A stretch of 64,000 bases of DNA. Origin: Octopus vulgaris (taxonomy: Eukaryota). The stretch lies in the NCBI GenBank assembly GCA_951406725.2, contig OX597815.1, forward strand, positions 81,964,001-82,028,000, written 5' to 3'. Shown in pieces: positions 55,460 to 64,000 of the stretch. Under the pieces are notes generated by a model. The model was given only the letters and a program-made list of their open reading frames with translations. It searched no databases and was not told the origin of the DNA. A program made the translations under genes and the position numbers. Position 1 is the first letter of the stretch. Each line of letters starts with the position of its first letter.

Positions 55460-55750
55460 GTTATAAAGAGTTTTCTTCTTCGGGTTTTCTGTAAGGATAA
55501 TAGTTGATGGCCTTCAAGTGTAGATTACGTCCAGTAGGTCGACCTTTGGGAAATTGCTGATACCTATTATAGACAGGTCGAATTCTTTGAAGATCTTTAT
55601 CAGATATTTCCTAAGCTTGTTCATGGCGTGGTCATTCATATGGCTTGAGATTGCCAAACCGTCGTTCCTATACAGAGTTGAGCTGTATAGGCGTGGACGT
55701 TTCCTTAGAGTATCCAGTATAAATAACCCGACGAGGTCAGTGATCTCGGC
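55460..55750 (-). pseudogene. Penelope-like reverse transcriptase fragment
   Basis: AEITDLVGLFILDTL...LYRNDGLAI...KLRKYLIKIFKEFDLSI...KVDLLDV / YYPYRKP: PLE RT motifs, with YRDD altered to YRND (55661-55672). Confidence 0.85.
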
Positions 55751-55757
55751 CTACAAC

Positions 55758-56225
55758 ATTAGAGCACTTTAGCTCTGATTTCTAGCAATCTAGGTGTTTC
55801 TTAACACCCTAGTCACATTTAGTGACAATTATAATTCTCTTGTTTGAAGAAATATTGCAACCTGCTGTTTACATTAATTTTGTGTATACACGTTAGCGAA
55901 TTGCTACATCATCCATTAATTTGGATCGTGAAAACATATATTCTAATAGAAAAACTCGTCCGAAAAAAGCTGAGATTGAATGGGCTTAACTGTGAGGCAA
56001 CGGAAATTGCCGACACTGACGTCAATATTAGGAATTCTCGATCGGCACTTTTCGGACGATTCAGGTCGCTGTTAGTGTATATGTTTACATTCGTGTGCGT
56101 TAAGTACAGCATTATAGCACTTTTGCTCCTATTTCTAGCAATTTAGCCGTTACCCAACACCCTAGTCACATTTAGTGAAAATCACAATTCTCCTTTTTGA
56201 TGAAATATTGCAACCTGCTGTTTAT
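55758..56225 (+). repeat. ~110-bp direct repeat, period ~352 bp, enclosing a fold-back and an HHR relic
   Basis: att.agcacttt..tttctagcaat..aacaccctagtcacatttagtga..gaaatattgcaacctgctgttta at 55758-55872 and 56111-56224; related fragment at 8405-8455. Confidence 0.8.
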
Positions 56226-56822
56226 ATATATATTCACGATTGAGTCTAATATGCGAAGTTTAGGGACCAAAATATAAAATGGATGCCTACGGGAATGTGG
56301 AACTGATTGAGAGAAATACAAAAAAAAAGGGTAAAAGACAGACAGCAAAGAGGTGTAAACTGAAAAACAACGAGAGAGAGACACACACACAGAGAAAGTG
56401 AGTCTGAGAGTGAGAGAAAGGGAGTAAGAAAGAGGAAGTAAGGAAAAATAGAAATGAATTAATAAAATTGAAAATCAAAACCGATTCTCTTACTTTGTCT
56501 TTCTTTACAATTCACCGGATGTTTATATTTGGAACACACAACACAGCTGTGTGTATTCTGAGGATCGGGAGAAGGGAAGAGAAAGCGAATCGTCGGCACC
56601 ATAATCCCCTTTTGTATGTCTGGGATGTGTATTAGTGTTTAGATGGCGTGGGAGAAATATCATGAGACAGAGCGATATACATACATACATACATACATAC
56701 ATACATACATACATACACATATATATACCTGCATGCATACATACATAAATTTACACACACATATATATACCTGCATTCATACATACATATATACATGCAA
56801 ATATACATACACACATAAATTT

Positions 56823-56875
<53 letters not shown>

Positions 56876-57600
56876 CTCATGCTTTACACACACACACACA
56901 TTTATATATGTTAATATGTGTGTACGTATGCGTATTTATGTTAAACAAAAGTGAACTGAGAGGAACAACACGGATTGGTCAATGGCATTATAAGAAAAGT
57001 ATATAAAATATTTCAGAAAACAAAGACTATATTTTTTGTAACTATCTCCGCTTTCTTCCAGAGAGGGTAGAGCAGTTGCTTTGTGGCGACTGGGATGGAG
57101 TCTCCAGAGTTAACATAACACTAAGCAATAGGGACTCTGTTTGTCTGGAGATAAGAGGATAAGAGAAGATATGCTGTGGACTTATCTTGAGCGTACCAGT
57201 TACCTTATCTTGTTTCCATCAGACGAATAATAGGCACATAAAAGAAAAGGGCAGATCACTGCAATCGCATAGATAATTTGCATAATTTAGTTAAAGAGAA
57301 TTAAGAGAAATAATTCAAAGTGTCCAGTTTCATTTATTTGAACGTCAAACACGATTAAAGTATATAAAATATCATACAATATGAAGCCCTGATTTATTGA
57401 ACCAATGCCGTTAGTTTCGATAGCTTAAAGGGAATTAGGACCACCTTGAAATGGAAGTGGAAATAATCTCCAGAATAACGAATTCTCTAAAATTGATGTG
57501 GTATTAAAAGATAAAAAATAATGTGGTACACACACCACATACACACTCCACACACACACACACACACACCACACGCACACACACACACACACAGACATAT

Positions 57601-57642
57601 TACGATTCGAGTTTCACGCCACAGTGATCTTCAGGTGAGAAC
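57601..57642 (-). ncRNA. Decayed minimal hammerhead
   Basis: CAC-CUGAAGA-u-CAC-ugug-GCG-u-GAAA-CUCGAA-UC-GUA. Confidence 0.5.
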
Positions 57643-57854
57643 TGTTACAACTACGTTTGGGTGGTCCATTGATATTCGTTGTAGTGTGTGGTCTGCATTT
57701 AGCATTTGCTGATTGTTTGTTATTTCTTCACTGCTTTTATTATTTTAGTTATTTTTTTAAATGAAGATTGTGTTTATAAGTTGTTTATTTATTCTATAAT
57801 TACCAATAAATTAAGTGTACACTAATTTTGTTTTATTACATTGAATATGCTCAT

Positions 57855-58070
57855 GGCGGCGAACCGGCAGAATAGTTAGCACACCAGGGAAAAATGCTTA
57901 GCAACATTTCGCTCGCCTTTACACTCCGAGTCGCAGTTCTGCCGAAGGCGACTTTCCCTTTCGTCCTTGCAGGGTCGATAAATTAAGTACCAGTTGAGTA
58001 CTGGGGTCGATGTAATCGACTGGCCTCCTCCCCAAAAGTTTCAGGCCTTGTGTCTATAGTAGAAAGAATT
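57855..58070 (+). mobile_element. SINE family A monomer
   Basis: Head plus core; flanked by a ttgaatatgct direct repeat. Confidence 0.85.
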
Positions 58071-58944
58071 ATATTGAATATGCTTAAGATGTTTGTTGTC
58101 TGATAGTGAAACTCACTCTATTCATAAGATGCTTCATGTCCGTTTGCTTTTGGCTTAACTATTTCTTGTTCGAACCGATAACGAAACTATGAACTTCCAG
58201 TCAATTTGGTCTTCGTAATAAATCTAACTCGGCTTTTAGTTTAATGTCACACGAACCGTGAAGGATCACTTAATATTTTTAAAAGTGATTTACAATAATA
58301 ATAATATTTTAAGACACACACATGCATACACATACATACATACATACATACATACATAATACATACATACATACATACATACATACATACATACATACAT
58401 ACATACGTACGTACGTACGTACATACATACATACATATTCCTACTTCTCTTCACTCCTACTCTCCTCTCTTATCCTCACTCCTACCCACCTTCTCCCTTC
58501 CTCCTCCATAGTCACCCCTCCCTCGTAACCCCACCCACCTACACAATCCAACCCCACCTTCCCTATCCATCCCATCCCATTCATAACACCCACTACTACA
58601 TACCCCACTTCTAGCCCCACCCTTGATTTTCCCACTCTTGCCTCCCCCACCTCCCAACACCATCACACCACACACACACCACTACACCATACACCACCAT
58701 ACCACACAACACCACATCACACCACCACGCACACACTAGCACTGACCACTTCCCAGCCCCACATCTTTACACCTACACATACACACACGCACACGTCAAG
58801 GTCACCAGCCCTCTTCCACACACACATACATACTCTCTTATACACACACACACGCGCACCTTCGTTTTGGGATCACGACTACTTTATTATCTCCCCTTCT
58901 TCCTAGTTCTCTTGTGTGACCCGTCCGTCCGACATTCGCCATGA

Positions 58945-59110
58945 TAGATCGCGAACCACTACACATTCTTTATTTCCTCTCCTTGTTTCTTTCTGTGGAA
59001 GACCATAGGCTCGAAACGTTAAATACTTTTTCACTTCCCGAGCGTTAAACTAATATGTATGTTTGTTGTCTACACCACTTGTCTTCGTCCTTTGTTTTTT
59101 TGCGAATTCT
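58945..59110 (+). mobile_element. Repeat homologous to 7755-7920, HHR-like motif at 58988-59025
   Basis: UUU-CUGUGGA-A-GACC-auag-GCUC-GAAAC-GUU-AAA. Confidence 0.75.
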
Positions 59111-59138
59111 CCTCACTTCCCATATATATATATATCTA

Positions 59139-59371
59139 CAGGTTTGCCCAAAAGTCGCCTTAGAGTAAATCAAAACCATTTAATTCCAAGATTTATTTAT
59201 GTTTAACAAGTGAGTGAATTTACGAAAAGCATCTAAATATGAAACATCATCAAAATTGTTCAAGCTGAAATCTTTCTTGAGCGACACATTTTCCCGTTCG
59301 AGTCTATACAGAATTACAGATAGCATATATGGAATTTTGATTTACTGTCGGGTAGCTTTTGGTGAACCCTA
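59139..59371. mobile_element. Degenerate Tc1/mariner MITE
   Basis: Imperfect TIRs caggtttgcccaaaagtcgcc / ggtagcttttggtgaaccct. Confidence 0.5.
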
Positions 59372-59729
59372 CATATATATAAGGGGAGAGAGAGAGGAGG
59401 AGGAAGAGAAGGAGGAGAGAGAGTGTGAGTGACAAAGAAAGAGACAAAATGTTGTAATGCCTATTACGTATATCAACAATAGGGTAGAAGGAAATACCCA
59501 AGGATAATGTTCTGGACATTCCGTACACGCATGGTAGGGCCTCACATATGTAATATTGTAACTTGAAAACCACCGATGAACTGAGATCATCTAAGCGATT
59601 CAGAGTCAAAAACTGGCTGTAAGGGTATTTAGCATCTAAAAACAACACCCAAGGGAAGTAACTCCAATAAGGAAGATTCGTTCACACCTACAGTTTTAGA
59701 AAGGCATAGATAGAAAGACAGACGTGCAC

Positions 59730-59730
59730 G

Positions 59731-59820
<90 letters not shown>
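59730..59820. repeat. (GATA)n microsatellite
   Basis: Directly visible. Confidence 0.97.
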
Positions 59821-59821
<1 letters not shown>

Positions 59822-60437
59822 TTAGATTATATTAAGCGAAAATGAAAGGAAAGCGTGTGCAAGCAATATGCCTGTGTCAGAATGTGTGAGAATTTATTAA
59901 AGTTGCTAGCTAAAGCAAAACACTAAACAAACAAAGCATGATTTATATACGCTTACGTTTATCATTTTTGTAATCCTACCACAGACACAAAATATATGAT
60001 ACGAGCAGACGTAATGTTGTTTCCATGCTTCTATTCTAGTTTCTGTAATTCTTTTAGTGGGTGAGAGATGAGCGCATTATTTTGGTTTGGGTCGTAATTT
60101 CAATCGCAGGTGTACTCCCACGCAAACTGTGAACAAGATCTGAGTAGCTAAGTGGTTTGAGACAAGTGTGCTAAAATGGTTTGTATCTAATCACAAGTTT
60201 TTCGTCGACCCTAACCTTTGTGCTTTGATACTTTTCCCGGCGTGCCGCGTAACGGTATCGATCCCGAAATTCCGTCCTTGCGCAGCGAACCTCTTAATCC
60301 CAGTCATATATGAATGCTCGTAAAACAGGTAACTATACTAAGGGTACCTTCGAATCAAGTAGTGACATCGAACAGATAACATCAATCATCCACGCTCCTT
60401 TCGTGATTAGCATTGCACCTACAAGTTTTCTCATATA

Positions 60438-60646
60438 CGAGGGAGTTCTGAGAAGTTCCTGGCATTGCGAAAAGCCTGGTTGGAGGCCCAACCTTCCGAG
60501 TTCTTTTACAAAGTTTAGAAAAGCTGAAGAACCGCTACAATAAGTGTGTGAATCTGAGAGGGCGAGGTGTTGAATAAAATTGTAATTAACTGATCCTCTT
60601 GTATTTTCTTTTAACTCAAAGCCAAGAACTTTTCGGCACCTCATCG
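60438..60646 (+). mobile_element. mariner-derived MITE
   Basis: TA-flanked TIRs cgagggagttctgagaagttcctggc / gccaagaacttttcggcacctcatcg; C-terminal relic KLKNRYNKCVNLRG..VE*. Confidence 0.75.
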
Positions 60647-61268
60647 TATGTGACGACGATTTTAAACTATGCGTTTTTAACGCATTAGTGACAAATCATA
60701 ATAACTACATGTCAGAATGTTTTGTGTAGCCCTATCATTATATTCCCGGTGCAACATATTCAGACAATAAACCATTAAAAGCATCGGATGTTGTTAAATA
60801 TGTTTGTTTACTTGATTGAAGGTCTGTTCTGCTATTCCAGAAATTACTATAGCTAGCATGTGAACGTTTTATATTTTTTTAATCAATGATTTCAAACGGA
60901 AAAGAAATTAATTTTCCTTTCTGTTTTGTTTGTTTAGTAAATACTGTTTGTATGCTGGATGAAATCAGTTGCAGGAAATATGCAATGGCAATACATTCCC
61001 TCATTCAGTTATGGAGCAGCAATATTTCTCTCAGAGATTTGTAGCTCAGATAATTACAAATGGAAAACTTATTGAAGTACTAACCGTACAATCGTTCGGT
61101 TAATTTTAGTTCAAATATTTCCTTTTGACTGTTTAAGGAAATACGATAGATTTGTTAATGCAATGTAGTTATTTCACTTGTTTTTATTTTGTGTATTACA
61201 ATTCACAATACCTGATACACTGTGCATCTGTTATCATATTATGTTTTAATATATTATTACTATTACAA

Positions 61269-61695
61269 GGCGGTTACCTTGCAGAATCGCTAGCATGCCG
61301 GGAAAAATTGCTTAGCGGCATTTCGTCCGTCTTCACTTTCTGAGTTCAAATGCTGCCGATAAAATAAGAACCAGTTTAACACAGTTCGATTTCTCCCTCC
61401 CTGAAATTGCTGGCCTTGTACCAAAATTTGAAACTAATATATTATTGCTATTATAGCGAGGTCTACTTTGCCTTGCATCCTTTGTATATGCTTCAGACGG
61501 TGAGCTGGCAGAAGCGTCAGCATACCGAGAAAAATGCTTAGCAGCATTTCGCCCGTTTTTACATTCTGAGTTCAAATTCCTTGCCTTCCACCCGCTTGGA
61601 GTTGATAAAATTAGTACCAGTTTAACACTGGGATCAATCTCATCGATTTATACCCATCCCAGAAGTTGCTGGCCTTGTGCCAAAATTAGAAACCA
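61269..61695 (+). mobile_element. Two deleted SINE family A copies
   Basis: Heads at ~61269 and ~61498 with partial cores. Confidence 0.75.
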
Positions 61696-62332
61696 AACCA
61701 ATATATTATTACTATTATAAAAAGCCGGTTAAGTAGGTTATCGCTTGTCCTGCAAGTATTAGCAGCCAAATCGTCTGCAAATCATAGCTTTGTGCCTAAA
61801 ACAAATATTTTAAAATGTCACTTCGGATAATGTAGTTCTAGAGATTCTGTATCTGGAAAAAAATAGACTTGATGGTCCTGTCTGGAACGTCTTTAATCCT
61901 AACTACTCTCATCAAAGTTGAGCTAGGGTTAAAAAAAACAATAGCATTATCGAAAGTAGTTTCGCAGAAATGATAAAAGTGGTCGATCTTCAGATTGATA
62001 TCTCTTGCAGTATTTATTTCCATCCATCTTCTGGGTTGACTTTATTTAACTGAAGACGCGCATCATGCAAATTTTACTCACTCAAGGCGTTCAGCGGGCA
62101 TGCTGTCAATGTAAAAACTCTCAGCAAATTATGATTGTATTTTCCAAGCTTTAACATAAGTAACGTCAAGGCAGTATGATTCACTATGATAAGCATCTGT
62201 AGCACTTCACTATGTGAGGTTAGTTAGCCAGTAAGGCCGAGTTCGATTCCTATATGGCAAAATAAATTGTGAAATAAAACAGCACTATATCCATATTCTG
62301 TACACACACACACACACACATACAGTTATATA

Positions 62333-62381
<49 letters not shown>

Positions 62382-62398
62382 TTACTTAAATATACATA

Positions 62399-63279
62399 CG
62401 AGGTCTGACCAATAAGTATCCGGACTATTGCCATAGTAACGAAGCTAAGACGGGCAAAGTGAAGCCGCTGAGTAAAGATTGACCTTGAGCTCTACTGTGC
62501 ATGTGCACTAAGATTTAACGTTCTAGCTCACTTACACTGTTTACAGCAGTGCTTTGAAGGAAGGTGTGTAGCGCTTGGTCGTTGCATTGACCATGACAGA
62601 GAAAGCTGTCATAGCGATATCTGCTCAGAGGCCTACGTAAAATTGCAGAAAGTGTATGGAGAAGTGTGTATGAACCACACACAAGTGTACGAGTGGTTCA
62701 AACGTTTCCAAGATGGTTGAAAAATGTCGATATTGACGAACGTTTTGGGAGACTTGCAACCAGCAGAACTGAGAAAAACATCGCAGACGTGCGTGCAGTT
62801 GTGAGAGGATTTCATCGAATCACCATCTGTGAGTTTTCAGAGAATGTGCAGATTAGTTACGATTTCAGTCCATTATCACTGAAGATTTTGATATGAGATG
62901 CGTCTCTGCCAAGTTTATGCCAAAACTGCTTTCAGCTGACCAAAACGACACTCGGGTTTCAGTTCCGCAAGATCTACTTGAGTGTGTTGAGAACGGTGAA
63001 ACCTTTTCCAAAACTTTGCGCAGGCCTCTGAGCAAGTATCGCCAAGCTTTTGGCAAAATTTGATGCAGATTCTCAGCTCAACTTTCTGTGTCATGGTCAA
63101 TGCGACGGTCACACGCTACACACCTTCCTTCCAAGCATTGCTGTAAGCAACGGAAGTGAGCTAGACTGTTAAAACTTATTGCACATGCACAGCAGAGTTT
63201 AAGGTCAATCTTTGTCAAGTGGCTTTACTCTCTGTTCTTTAGCTTTGTTACTATCGCAACAGTCCGGATCTGACCACGT
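62399..63279. mobile_element. mariner fold-back derivative made of two inverted 5' ends
   Basis: 62399-~62650 is the inverted homolog of ~63005-63279. Both arms carry the transposase N-terminus (MTEK../MTQKVELRICIKFC); the left arm continues to VYEWFKRF and AKFMPKLL. Confidence 0.88.
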
Positions 63280-63563
63280 ATATGTATTTAATGATCTGTA
63301 GGGAAAACCGTATTTCGTTATGCAACCATAATATACTACAAAATATATTAAACGGTTTTATAAGTCAATACTGCGTTCTACTGTGTTAGATGGGAGTGGA
63401 TGAAGGAGCAAAAACTCCTGGAGTATGGCATATACAGTCATTACCTATTTTCATTTTCGATCTCATTGTTGTTTACATCAAGCATCTCGAACATGAAACG
63501 TCGTAAAATCAATGCTGGCTATAATTTCTATAGAAAATATGTACCTAAATAGAGCTATCTCTT

Positions 63564-63652
<89 letters not shown>

Positions 63653-63653
<1 letters not shown>

Positions 63654-63875
63654 TTCTTTATTGCCCACAAGGGGCTAAACACACTGAGGACAAACAGGGA
63701 CAGACAAACGGATTAAGTCGATTATATCGACCTCAGTGCGTAACTGCTACTTATGTAATCGACCCCGAAAGGATGAAAGGCAAAGTCGACCTCGGTGGAA
63801 TTTGAACTCAACGTAGCGACAGACGAAATACCGCTAAGCATTTCTCCCGGCGTGCAAACGTTTCTGCCAGTTCGC
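63653..63875 (-). mobile_element. SINE family A
   Basis: Reverse complement of the head plus core. Confidence 0.9.
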
Positions 63876-64000
63876 TTTATATATATATATCATTCTCATA
63901 GCGTTAAGGAAACTAGAGAAAAGCACTAAGCCAATCGGACCTTGATTTGGTAAGCAGAAATATTTAACTGTCATTCGTCTACTCCCACTACACCTCGCCC

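Overview
AT-rich, microsatellite-dense animal genomic DNA. The SINE families and repeat landscape suggest an octopus (coleoid cephalopod); this is an inference. No long intact host gene is present, and nearly all listed ORFs are microsatellite translations. The window holds many tRNA-derived SINEs (often dimers or trimers) and truncated RLE-type (R4/Dong-like) non-LTR retrotransposons stacked in (TAA)n arrays. It also holds Tc1/mariner and hAT elements and MITEs, decayed Penelope-like element (PLE) RT and linker fragments, and two candidate phase-2 microexons. The main hidden signal is about 15 hammerhead-ribozyme (HHR) motifs in short non-coding repeats next to (TA)n tracts. Three complete copies (7137-7198, 26462-26526, 46550-46608) and one truncated copy (19644-19692) have the three HHR strands in a non-circularly permuted, pseudoknotted order. 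Their helix sequences differ between copies, yet the base-pairing is preserved.
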